A stretch of DNA of 64,000 nt from positions 37,206,437 through 37,270,436 of the forward strand of contig NC_092672.1 of assembly GCF_964355755.1 (NCBI RefSeq). The letters run 5' to 3'. Both the position numbers and the translations under genes were made by a program. This document shows, in pieces, positions 35,501 to 48,580 of the stretch; the stretch's first letter is position 1, and each line of letters starts with the position of its first letter. The notes under the pieces were generated by a model. The model made no database searches and was not told the DNA's origin. It was given only the letters and a program-made list of their open reading frames with translations. This DNA comes from Antedon mediterranea. Lineage: Eukaryota; Animalia; Echinodermata.

Positions 35501-38500
35501 TTGGCTTGCTGCAACACGAACAATATGAACCATGTATCTGGGTTGTTTTGGCTTGCTGCAACAAGAACAACATGAAACATGTATCTGGGTTGTTTTGGCT
35601 TGCTGCAACAAAAACAACATGAAACATGCATCTGGGTTGTTTTGGCTTGCTGCAACAAAAACAACATAAAACATGTATCTGGGTTGTTTTGGCTTGCTGC
35701 AACAAGAACAACATGAAACATGTATCTGGGTTGTTTTGGCTTGCTGCAACAAGAACAACATAAAACATGTATCTGGGTTGTTTTGGCTTGCTGCAACAAA
35801 AACAACAACATGAAACATGTATCTGGCTTGTTTTGGCTTGCTGCAACAAAAACAACATGAAACATGTATCTGGGTTGTTTTGGCTTGCTGCAACAAAAAC
35901 AACATAAAACATGTATCTGGGGTGTTTTGGCTTGCTGCAACAAAAACAACATGAAACATGTATCTGGGTTGTTTTGGCTTGCTGCAACAAGAACAACATG
36001 AACCATGTATCTGGGTTGTTTTGGCTTGCTGCAACAAGAACAACATGAAACATGTATCTGGGTTGTTTTGGCTTGCTACAACAAGAACAATATGAACCAT
36101 GTATCTGGGTTGTTTTGGCTTGCTGCAACACGAACAATATGAAACATGTATCTGGGTTGTTTTGGCTTGCTACAACAAGAACAACATGAAACATGTATCT
36201 GGGTTGTTTTGGCTTGCTGCAACAAGAACAACATGAAACATGTATCTGAGTTGTTTTGGCTTGCTGCAACACGAACAATATGAACCATGTATCTGGGTTG
36301 TTTTGGCTTGCTGCAACAAGAACAACATGAAACATGTATCTGGGTTGTTTTGGCTTGCTGCAACAAGAACAACATGAAACATGTATCTGAGTTGTTTTGG
36401 CTTGCTGCAACACGAACAATATGAACCATGTATCTGGGTTGTTTTGGCTTGCTGCAACAAGAACAATATGAACCATGTATCTGGGTTGTTTTGGCTTGCT
36501 GTAACAAGAAAACATGAAACATGTATCTGGGTTGTTTTGGCTTGCTGCAACAAGAACAACATGAAACATGTATCTGGGTTGTTTTGGCTTGCTGCAACAA
36601 GAACAACATGAAACATGTATCTGAGTTGTTTTGGCTTGCTGCAACACGAACAATATGAACCATGTATCTGGGTTGTTTTGGCTTGCTGCAACAAGAACAA
36701 TATGAACCATGTATCTGGGTTGTTTTGGCTTGCTGTAACAAGAAAACATGAAACATGTATCTGGGTTGTTTTGGCTTGCTGCAACAAGAACAACATGAAA
36801 CATGTATCTGGGTTGTTTTGGCTTGCTGCAACAAGGACAACATGAAACATGTATCTGGGTTGTTTTGGCTTGCTGCAACACGAACAATATGAACCATGTA
36901 TCTGGGTTGTTTTGGCTTGCTGCAACACGAACAATATGAACCATGTATCTGGGTTGTTTTGGCTTGCTGCAACAAAAACAACATGAAACATGTATCTGGG
37001 TTGTTTTGGCTTGCTGCAACAAGAACAACATGAAACATGTATCTGGGGTATTTTGGCTTGCTGCAACAAAAGCAACATGAAACATGTATCTGGGTTGTTT
37101 TGGCTTGCTGCAAAAAAAACAACATGAACCATGAATCTGGTTTTTTGGCTTGCTGCAGCAAGGACAACAAACATGACATTGTATATAGCTTGCTAAACTA
37201 ATAAAAGTTTTATGTAATGAAATACAATGACTGAATAATGTAAACGCGTTTATAATGTAGTGTGTAACGCGTTTGTGATGTAGTATGTAATAGTACAAAG
37301 GTAAATGTTGAATCTTTTGTCGTTCTAAAAAGGTTAATTAGGGCGTTAAATTACAGACATCTTTATACCGAAAGTTAAAAATGTTTGAAGAAGATTAAAT
37401 GAATGTACATCATCATACTCTCAAATGTTACAATTTTTTCTAGTTTAAAGCAACGAGGTGAGGAATATTTGGTAACCTACCGCCAACGCTTTTGACTGCA
37501 ACCTGAACGAGATTGTCTTTTGATAAACGCAGAATGCCTTTGTGTACGACACCAAACTTTCCATGGCCTAACCTTTCCCCAATCTGCAAACATCTTCGAT
37601 TGATTTCGTGTTCTTTGTAGCTATGGTCTCGAACTGGCAAAGATATAATTCGCCGATCTGCTACTTTTGGAGGCTTCTCTGTTTAAAAAAAAGATTGATT
37701 GATTGAAATCTTTGTCACAAAATGTTTTTATATATTTATTTTCCCAACCAACAGTAAACTCAATGTTCAGTATTTACAGGAGGGAGAATAAAAAATTATC
37801 TTAAAAATGTATTGTCTCCCTGAAAAAATAATCCTTAACAAAAATGTTTTTGAATATGCCATTTTAATGTAGCATAATAGTTATCCACTTTGACCAAAAA
37901 TTGGATCGAAAAAAATGTATTTACCTGAAAAAAACTGTAATTTAAAGCAAAAAATGGGCAAAATAACATATTCAAAGTCTGATTTAATTAGGCCTAATCT
38001 TCATTTTTCATGTTTTTTGGGGGACAATACATCTTTAAGATAAAAGAAACTTCATTAAATCAGAGAATACTCTCGAACATTACATAAAACATACCGCTCA
38101 TTCGATTACAAAAAAAAACAACCAAAATCCAATATCTGTGTCGATGTTTCCATAAATGAACAGTTTCTTAAAATACTCTTACGTAACCCATCTCTATCTC
38201 CTACTAGCGCATCTTTATTTAATATCATTTTAAAGACCTTTGTAGTATAGATATCAAAATTGTCGTATAATACACATTAGTGTGTGACTATTATCATGTA
38301 AGGTAAGGTTACCAGATATTGATGAATTACATGAAATATAGCTTTCCGCACACTTCTCTATTTTTTTTTATATACATTAAACTAATGAATATTAGTAACT
38401 ACGTCAACATTATTTAAGATGATGTTTATGTTAAGCAGTATAGCCTTCACTATAAGTGGTGCATAATGTCAGTCCAATGTCCATATTATTCATGCATCAT

Positions 38501-41500
38501 AAAATCTTAGCGTTTGTATTATTTAAAGCGTTTGTATTAAATTTAACTCAAATTTGAGTACGCGACTGCAGCCATGTATATGGCCTTGTTTACAATTAAT
38601 ACGAATATTTTAAATTTTGAATATTCTCGCTTGTCTATTAATGCTATTGGTGGCGTTTTGATAATACTTTGAATGCTAAAATATATATTATAGGATATAA
38701 TACAAGGATATGATGAAGATATATTAGTCGGGTTTTTAAAAATACCAATATGAAAAGTATTGTGAACAGTTTACGAGCGGCTGATCCCTTCAACCTCATT
38801 TAATCTTTATAACCAAGTGAAGGCACGGACACCTTCTATAATATCAGCTGTCTCTTACCAATAAACTTTCCTTTGATTGAATCCATAATAGGTTTGTGAG
38901 TGACTATGACAAGTATCAGCAGAATAAACAAGCCGAGTGTTAAAAATATGTATGGCTTAATCTTGAAGTCCTTATCCTTAATGGGAATTATATTAACAGA
39001 ATCAAGTGTAGTACTATCAAGTGTAGTACTATCGGTTGTACCTGAAAATAAACAATAAACGTTCTTAAGCTCTGTCTACACTATCAAACTTTATGTTAAA
39101 AAAAAGTGATGTGCCCATAATATAGACATGATGATGTCCTATCACTACCATATTTGGGCATACCACTGCCATATTTGGGCACATCACACCCATTTTGATA
39201 GTGTAGACAGAAAAGAGAGAGAAAAAAACTTGAATTTTGCATTTGTTTTAGATTTTATCAATTATATTTTGGCCCGAAAATTTTAATTTGATAAATGACT
39301 ATCGATTGTATTGCTATACGAGGATCATAACATTACATATGCATGTACATTATTTCTGTATGTTATATGAGGACTACAATTATCAATGATTAGATATAGA
39401 TTGCAAAACAAAAATCCAAATACGCATCATGGACGGTAATCTGCGCATGTCTAATCAATCGATTTTTTGTGGAAGAGATGGACAGGGTTTGAAGACATGC
39501 GCAGATCTAACAATTTATGTCGCATTCAATTCAATTCAAAAACTTTATATATACTCGAAATATTAAAGATAACAGTAAAAAATATATACATATACAATAC
39601 AGTATATCACAATGCTTGTTCGATAGCCTTCTGTAATCGAAAATTAATCAATAATCGATGGCTATCACAAATATGAGAAAGAAAAAATTATATTTACTTT
39701 GTGTCCGCACGATGACGTTACACGCGTTACTGCTACTCGAGGCGACGCAGATCCGATCTGAACTCCTGCATTCTGAAGCCTTACATTTGCAGCTGGCTTC
39801 ATCACTTTTATCTTCACAGTCATAAACCGCGTCACACACAAACGCGCCAGCAACACACTGTCCATTATGACAATGAAACTCATTTTCCTCACATTTACAA
39901 TTAAACTCATCAGCTTCATTTGAACAATCAACCCGGCCGTTACATTTATGCGCTAGTAGGACACACTCGCCATCTCCACAGTCAAATTCAGAATCGGAGC
40001 AACTGCAGTCGTATTCATCGGTGCCATCTGTACAATCCATCGTTCCGTCGCACATCAGTCGATTGTCGACGCATTGGCCATCGTTACAGCGATATTCTCC
40101 TGTGGTACATGTGCAGTTGAATTCATCCGATGAATCAGCATGGCAATCTATTCTGCCGTTACATACAAACCGGTTGCCGATGCAGCTACCGTCTGCGCAC
40201 GTAAATTCGTTAACCGTACATCCGCAGTCAGTTTCGTCAGAGCCGTCGGGACAATTTGTACGGTGATCGCACACCCAACTTTTCTTAATACATGTTCCAT
40301 CATTGCACTTAAATTGGTTATCAAAGCATAAGCAATGTTTTTCATCACCGCCGTCAGGACATTGTTGTTGGCCATCGCATATTCTATGACCAGGGATACA
40401 CATTCCATTCGAACACTTGAAATCTTTAGAATCTTTACAACTGCAGTAATGAGCAATTTCATCAGAGAAATCTGGGCATTGACCGCTACCATCACAAACG
40501 AATTTCTCATCGATGCAGATGCCGTTATCGCACGTGAATTCCGAGTCAACGCACGGACAGTTCATTTCATCATAACTACTTTGTTCGCAGAAGACGTGTC
40601 CATCGCATTTTGCATTACCACCCATGCAAAGTCCGTTTGGGCAGCGACCGTTACCGTGACAGGAGCAATTCCGCTCGTCATTTCTGTTTAAGCAATCGTA
40701 ATGTCCATTACATAAAAATATCCGTAGTATATCAGTTCCGTTACCACACGGAATCCTACAACCCTGTTCATCTGAGCCATCCATGCATTGGTTTTTTCCA
40801 TCACATATAAAATAATTTCTTAACTTCCTACCATCACCTGGACAGGTGTAAGCATACTCGCACTCGTTCTCATCCGTACCGTCACTGCAGTCATTGATGC
40901 CGTCACAAATTTGTAATTCCTCATAACAGTTACTCTCGCTTTCGCACCTGTAATTATTCGGACATTTTGTACAATCTGTCTCGTCAGATGAATCGACGCA
41001 GTTATCATGCCCGTTGCAAACATCATTCTTTTTTATACACTCTTTACTCTTGTGACACTGAAACTCGCTTTCTGAACACGTCCCGCACAGTTGGGCCAGC
41101 GTACCAATAACAGGCGTACAGTCCGATTCGCACGCCGCATCTATGGCCATGCATCTACCGTCATCGCATCGAACTTGGTCCTCGTCAAAACAGCAGTTCA
41201 ACTCGTCAGAGTTATCACTACAGTCGACTTTTTTGTCACATCGATGATCATTTGAAATACAAAATCCGTTACCACATGTAAACGCATCGACGCCACAACC
41301 ACAATTGTATTTCTTGAACTCGTCGACGCTATTAGAACAGTATGCGATATTCTGGCATACTTCCTCGCCACTAATACATACATTCTGATCTCCTTTACAA
41401 AGAAACTCGTCATCTGCACATACAACTTGGTCCGTTTTGTCACATCCGTCTGTATGACACATACCATCAGGGCACAACACAGCGTTCCCAGTACACATAC

Positions 41501-43482
41501 TGCAGTTTGACTCATCTGATCTGTCCGCACAGTTATCCACCCCGTCACATCGTAACTGGTTGGCGATACAGAAATTGTCCGTGCAGCGAAATTGATCGGA
41601 AGCACAGGGGCAGCCGATTTCGTCACTGTTATCATTACAGTCTCCTTCGCCATCGCATTTCCATAGCACTGAGATACACATAGCTGATGGAAGGCTGCAT
41701 TTAAACTCTTCTTTGGTACATTCACAGTATTTTTCGTCTGAAAAATCTTCACAATCAAAATGCATATTGCATGCTTCTTCTGGTTTAATGCACTCATTAT
41801 CATCGCACTGAAAGAACGATTTCCCACAACCTATATAAAATATGAAAAAAATATTATTTTCAAAAAGTAGTTTATTTATAACAAGCCTACAAACAGATTG
41901 TGCGATTTTAATTAATAATTATTGACTCTGTAATTTTTAAAAAATGTAAAAAAGAAACAATTACAGGCCTACTATTTTTATTCCTTAAACAAATATTCTG
42001 AATTTAAATAAATCTTGGAATCTTCCCTAATTACATTATTAGACAGTAGTCTAATTAAAACGATGGTCAATGTACTTCCACAGTCATCAGCGTTGGTGCA
42101 AATTTATATTTTTAGATAGTGTTTTTGTGGAAATTTCTATTGTTAGTTTCTTGGTAAAATCTGTTTCTATTCGTTCTGTATGTTTTGTATGAATGTAGTA
42201 TCCGATAAAGGAAATTAATGGATTTTTTTTGTTTGCGCTTTTAATCATTTCTCATTATTCTTCCTTGTCATTGAACTATAGTAATATCTATATTTTTTAA
42301 CACGAGCATATGATAACATCATTTCCAGTTATTTGAGATGGTGCACGATAAGTAGGCCTACACCGGTAATCCACGTCTGCAATGATTACCTTCCACATGA
42401 CCCAAGTAGGCCTACAAACAGGATGTTATCATGAAAAGGTGGAGTTCGAAATTTGAAAGTATTAAACAAAATAATAAACGACGGCCTCAATTGCATTTTA
42501 CACCATTACAGACAAACAAAACAGTATATGGACATCCATTTGGTTATAACAGATTCTATTTTAGGACTGCACCCCCCCCCCCCCTCCCCACGGATCTTAT
42601 GTGGCCCTGATCAGTGTTCAGAGGAAAAAAACAGGCATTAAAAAAATGTCTAAAAGCACCCGAGACCTCCAGCGTTGGTGGGCCACTTGGGGTTCCTAAG
42701 GCAGCGTTACGCCAATGCACCCACTCTCGTTTCACCGTATACCCAAGAATAATATGATTTATGGTTGCCGAAAAGATTGATGGGAAGAACAATCGAATGT
42801 GGGTTGGCGCCTAAAGGAAACGTTCTGATAGATGGATGGGTGAAGACGGGTAGATGGATGGGTGAAGAATAACGGGTAGGATGGATGGGAAATTAAATGT
42901 TCTGATGGGTGGGTAACGAAATGTAAATCATAATAATATCATAACAAGTGAAGAAAATGCTATGTACGTCCAAGGTCCAAATTATTACAGAATCTCAAAA
43001 TAGGCTATAGTTTAGATTGATTTTTTTTTATGAGTTATGTCCCAAAATGAGAACGTAATCTCTAACTGTATATATATATCTGATATATTATCTGATTTTA
43101 TGGAAGTTTATTATGATAATACTCCAGTAAGATGAAAACATTATTGGGTCTTGCTATGAAAGCATGATTAAAAAGAGACTGGGTGCAAAATGCTGCAGAT
43201 CAAACATGACGTCCAAAACATTCAAAATTTTCAATCATGTTTTAGGATCTTAATGCACCACAATAAATACATTCTTAACTTCAAACTGGTCAGCAAGTAG
43301 GCCTATTTGTTTGTGTCAACAACGACTGAACGTCGAGTTCTCTAATTCACAGACGGCGAATGTGCACGTCACTTGATACCAATACAAAACGACCTACCTG
43401 TAGAATTGCCAACTTGCTTAGTTTCCCCCGATTGAAACACATTGAATAACACAATTAATAAATATAATAAATGAACAAACAT
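29542..43482 (-). CDS. Receptor tyrosine kinase with LDL-receptor class A repeat ectodomain, ~1142 aa
   Basis: Exons 43482-43398 (signal peptide [19 protein letters not shown]), 41830-39698 (LDLa array), 39041-38859 ([20 protein letters not shown]), 37678-37481 (GHGKFG, VAVK), 34955-34774, 34195-34100, 32791-32577 ([11 protein letters not shown]), 31322-31185 ([10 protein letters not shown]), 29740-29542 (CW..RPTF); all GT-AG, phases match, total 3429 bp. Confidence 0.88.
33385..33963 (+). mobile_element. 5'-truncated LINE (CR1/L2-like) 3' end in RTK intron
   Basis: [27 protein letters not shown]...SQFKNSL resembles the CR1/L2 ORF2 C-terminus; T-rich 3' UTR and aataaa-rich tail. Confidence 0.65.
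34987..37175. repeat. 47-bp intronic minisatellite, ~46 copies
   Basis: Unit ctgcaacaagaacaacatgaaacatgtatctgggttgttttggcttg, head-to-tail with no spacers. Confidence 0.97.
39070..39211. mobile_element. MITE family 1 (TIR gctctgtctacac, TAA/TTA flanks; Harbinger-like)
   Basis: Related copies at ~51593-51700, 53975-54067 and 56931-57106, with internal cccaaatatgg repeats. Confidence 0.7.
39698..41830 (-). CDS. Single 2133-bp exon encoding ~17 complete and 2-3 degenerate LDLa repeats
   Basis: Repeated C-x-F-x-C-xxG-x-CI-xxx-CDG-xx-DC-x-D-x-SDE-xx-C; phase 1-1. Confidence 0.95.
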
Positions 43483-44009
43483 TGTACGTTTTTAGTTTGT
43501 CAAATGACAGTATAAAAGCAGTGTTCCTGTCGGCCGTGTAACTACTTCCAAACCTCATCATTCACTTTTACAATCAGCTAGCAACGACCAAGCGTAGGCC
43601 TAGCATTTAATAATGCATGTTTAGGCGGATACATGCATTATGACAATCCATAATTGATGATATTAAGAAAGGTAAATCTTGATTTTGTATTTCTTTTCTC
43701 TTCACCTCACGAGACAACTAATGTTTACAAAGATGATACATATTTAATACATACTCGACGAGACATTATTGTCTTAAAACAAAAGCACTTCTTAACCTTA
43801 TAATACTGATCGCCCGCCAGTGCAGTGGTTGATGCTTTAACTTCCTTACACCGGACTAGATACTAATCTTCTTGATCGCGTGTTAAAAGGTGAAATAACA
43901 GACTACAAGACACAACTGCTATTCATTCAGGTAGCACTATAAAAACTAAAGCCGGATAACAATTGCCGTATAAAAGTCACTTCATTAATTTGTGGTTGTA
44001 TTTTTTATG

Positions 44010-44128
44010 AAGTTTTAATATTATCGACTGGGTGGCCATCATCCTTAAGTTTTAATATTATCGACTGGGTGGCCATCATCATCCTTAAGTTTTAATATTA
44101 TTGACTGGGTGGCCATCATCCTTAAGTT
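44010..44128. repeat. 37-bp tandem repeat, 3 copies
   Basis: aagttttaatattatcgactgggtggccatcatcctt x3. Confidence 0.9.
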
Positions 44129-44507
44129 GTGTATCCTGTTGCATCTTAGATAATGATGACGACATATTTATTAATGACTTTTTCATTAACAACATGATGA
44201 TCAAGAAAACCACCTTTAATTGACATAATACATTAAAAACATTAAAACATTTATAAAATGTGCATATTGATAATCATCTTTTGATGACTAATATGTTTCG
44301 AAATTGATTCGGTGATTAAAGTGTCTTTCGTAATATGCTAATGAGCTTATTTCGTCACTTAATACGATTTTTGTCATGACATTACAGGCCTACATTAACA
44401 AGATTAGAATTTCTAATTCGTCACCTTTTCTGTAGACGTCATTTTTTTTTTAAATTTGTTTAAACATTCTTTTCAGCCTTTTCAATTTTTTTGATGAATT
44501 CATAGGA

Positions 44508-45090
44508 ATTATAGTCTGTGATTAGCTATAATTATAGTCTGTGATTAGCTAAAATTATAGTCTGTGATTAGCTATAATTATAGTCTGTGATTAGCTATAA
44601 TTATAGTCTGTGATTAGCTATAATTATAGTCTGTGATTAGCTATAATTATAGTCTGTGATTAGCTATAATTATAGTCTGTGATTAGCTATAATTATAGTC
44701 TGTGATCAGCTATAATTATAGTCTGTGATTAGCTATAATTATAGTCTGTGATTAGCTATAATTATAGTCTGTGATTAGCTATAATTATAGTCTGTGATTA
44801 GCTATAATTATAGTCTGTGATTAGCTATAATTATAGTCTGTGATTAGCTATAATAGTCTGTGATTAGCTATTATAGTCTGTGATTAGCTATTATAGTCTG
44901 TGATTAGCTATAATTATAGTCTGTGATTAGCTATAATTATAGTCTGTGATTAGCTATAATTATAGTCTGTGATTAGCTATAATAGTCTGTGATTAGCTAT
45001 TATAGTCTGTGATTAGCTATAATTATAGTCTGTGATTAGCTATAATTATAGTCTGTGATTAGCTATAATAGTCTGTGATTAGCTATAATT
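44508..45090. repeat. 23-bp minisatellite, ~25 copies
   Basis: Unit attatagtctgtgattagctata. Confidence 0.97.
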
Positions 45091-47003
45091 CCGAGAAACA
45101 AAAATCGTACAGAATGTTATTTGGATAAAAATAGATGTAGAATGTTTTTTCAAATAAAACAACAAATGTTTATTCCACTTATACAAAAATAACACTTGCG
45201 AATGACGTAACATCCGGGGCCTTTTTTGCATCATGGTCCGTTAAGCTTTCTTAGAAACTATAAAATGACGTTATAATCAGAGATAGCTGGTAAATACATA
45301 GAGCGCCGCACAGACGATAATGCATTATGGGGTCAATTATAGTTTAAATTCGTTTTTTAACTTATCACCTATAATATTAATTTCATCTGTGATTTCATCC
45401 AGTCGTAGTCGATTAAACGTATTGTGTAAATTCAAATGTTGGACATGCATTGCATTATAATTATGATTATTAAAGTTATAATCATTAATATAATCAATCA
45501 GAATAATGATATGATCATATTAGATAATAATATAGGCCGCATCGGTGAAGAGAAAGTAGGCGTATCTATGGTTTGAAATCATGGTCAAACATAGGTAATA
45601 AGTCAGACTCCACATTTATTATTTTTTTTAAATATTTCAATTTGACTTTTCCACATACGGTACTCGCCCTCGCAATCACTGTTGCTCTATTATATAAATA
45701 TGGAGTACCATTTCATATTTTACGTACGTGTCCTAGAGCAAAATTTAGGGAAAAGAACAAATATAAAATTGGCTTAAAATGATAAGTAGTAGAATCCTCA
45801 TACAATAATTACAAAGTTCAACGGTAAATTGATCTAAGTTATACATCTTGAAAAGTCGTTAGCATTTTGCTGACCTACAAAAGTATTATGATGCACAGAG
45901 TACTGATAGTAGGCCTACTTCCTTATTTGGCGGTTCATACTTTTGTTGAGCGTGTGGGCAATTGGTTAGGCTTCGGTTTCAAATAACGTATACGTACGAC
46001 TACTAACTCAGACTTTTCCCCATTCGTACCATTCAGTCATACTATATCATGTCATTCATGTTATTTCATCATATCATATATCATAGTATATGATTTCATA
46101 TCACATATATCATAATATCATCATCATATCATCATATCATAAATCATCATATTTATCATCCAATTATCAAACAATCATATCATCATTAAATCGTTATTAT
46201 GAATTAACTTTTGCATTGTAAAATGTTACGGTTCTACCTTCTGGCTGTTTAATTGTGGCATTGTTCGTCTTTTTTGGACAATAAAATATACATGAAGAAT
46301 AAAAAAAAAATCATCTCATCACATTTCATCATATGTCATTATAATTTCATTTATTTATTCATTCATTCAAGTATTCTAAAGTTATTGTCATTACGAGCGC
46401 CACCAGTCGGCGTTTTGATTCCAGCATGAAACGTCATGTGTGCCAAAATGTTTATCTTTATACCGATATTAAGTTGACCCTTCGTCTAAAACTAGTCTAA
46501 CGCACAACGTTAATTTTTATCAAATCACAAGCGATGTGATTGGCTATAACTTGCGTTACGCGCCCTTGTTGAGTTCTAGTCGTAAACAATTTAATAACAT
46601 TGAAACGTATGGGTGAAGTTGCTGTTGCAAAAACGAACTAAAAATTCGGATCGATTATATCTAAATGAAACGCTGGCTATAGGCCATGGCAAGTAGTTGA
46701 CGGGGGAAGGGGGGATGCTGTTAATCTGGAGAGATACATTAAGATATATATACCATACTCAAAAGTGTACTCTCATTCACTTCAAAGTCAAGTCAAACAG
46801 TGTTTGGTACAACTTGTCTTAATCAGGCCACAAAAAGGCAAATCAAATGATTATTTGAAGCTATAAACATACAGTATCAATTCATAAATGATGGCCATCC
46901 AATGTATGAGTTGCAGGGTTTTTTTTCATTCACACATAATATCCAACAACGGCCAACTCGTCACAGGATAGAACATACAAAAACAATAAAAACACTAGAC
47001 ATG

Positions 47004-48580
47004 AAACTCGTCACTTTGACGAGTTAGTTATCCGCACGACAAACGCCACGTGCACGTAATACGTTGGAATATTGCACACCGATAAAGATTAAGGCATTAT
47101 GACCTGAACTGAAGAATATGATTATGTTATTATTGCTGAATTCTGTTATTTTGTGTCATATAGTATACACAGTACAATCTGTATACATATCACATACAGT
47201 GTAGTATAGAATAGATGAAATTACGGGACTCGCTATTTATTCCAATTTTTAACATGTTGACGGTTTCAAAATGAAACGCGAATGTAGCAATTTCGGAAGA
47301 AAATTATCTCAGCAAAAACATATTAACGTGTAGAAGAAATTTGAATACGTGAAATATTGATGCGCGCTCTTTTAAATGTAATGAACTACGACACAAAAGA
47401 TGAAAATATGACATTTTTTATTTAACTGGCCATATGATGACGTCACAACATCCGATTTGCAAAAACTTTACATGATTTCGTATCTACAATCCCATAGCTT
47501 CCAGAAAACATTTTAATCGTGATTATCACATTTTATTCTTACGAGCTATGACAGATTAAAATTTACTGTAAAGATGAAATTAATGACCCACGTAATTAAA
47601 ATTTTTACGCATGATGACGTCACAAAAATTAAAATATTTTTAACTCATGCGAAAAATAGTTGATTGACCTAGACAATATTAAAATCCAATAGAAAATGGA
47701 ATACGGATAAGCGTGATGCGCTCCATTGAATGTGATGAGCAATAACGAAAGACAAAAAAATCCTATATTTTACATTCGTGTGGCCATATGATGACGTCAC
47801 AACATCTGTGAGGTAAAAAATCTGCATGAATTCATATCTACAACATATCTGCTTACATATATATAATTAGGGGTAATCGTTGATCCCGAGAAGCTATTAA
47901 AGATTCAAAATAGGCATAATTTTGACAACATTTTGTAACTTTTTCAACTAAAACGCGCGCAAATGGTCTAAATCAACGTGTTCGTATGACGTAATTTTAA
48001 TTTGAAATGATGTCAATATTTTTGAAAATGACTAGGAAAGGCTGGAAAATCACAATTCAAGAGAAAAAAACATGATTTTCATGCTCTATGCGCACTGTAC
48101 GCGTAATATATTTCGCGCGCGCGGTAATTTTTGACATGCTTAAAATGACATGAAACGCGTAGAAAGAAATTGATTAGAAATTATTTTTGCGCATTTTGAA
48201 ATTTTAAATGCACGTGCGCGCGTAACTTTGTGTAAAACACGCAATTTTTTTCATCAGAAAGTTAGCGCATGATATAAATTAAACTTTCACAAAGTGTCAA
48301 TTAAAAATCACTTTTAGTTTATAATCTATGATCAATCATAAAAAATCATAAAATCGCGCGTAAGTCAGGTTACGCAACTCCGAGGTCTTTCAAAAATAGG
48401 AGGTGACCAACTTCAGGTAAATGTCCACATGTTGTCAAAGTTATAAAATGTTATGTTTACACATTTTAGAGAAACGCGCTGAACAAAAATAGCGAGAAAG
48501 AAAGAAGAATAATACAGAAAAAAAAAATATTGATCCCATACAATAAGAAGGAGTTATCCGCCAAGTGCGGATAACTAAAA
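47004..48580 (-). mobile_element. Non-autonomous Helentron (HINE-like) element
   Basis: Hairpin actcgtca-ctt-tgacgagt next to subTIR tagttatccgcac (47025-47037); other end agttatccgccaagtgcggataacta in an A run. Confidence 0.75.

Noticed and set aside
34987-37175. CRISPR array or hammerhead satellite
   Set aside because: No unique spacers, no cas genes, eukaryotic context; gaaacatgt is present but there is no CUGANGA box.
34756-37298. Long Cys-rich ORFs of 259-780 aa
   Set aside because: Produced by the stop-free 47-bp minisatellite in all frames; only 34774-34955 is a real kinase exon.
38183-38212. Possible 30-bp RTK micro-exon ([10 protein letters not shown])
   Set aside because: Good donor but weak AAG acceptor without a pyrimidine tract; flanking exons join in frame without it.
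39665-41827. Alternative-frame and antisense ORFs over the LDLa exon
   Set aside because: Shadows of the Cys/Asp-rich coding frame.
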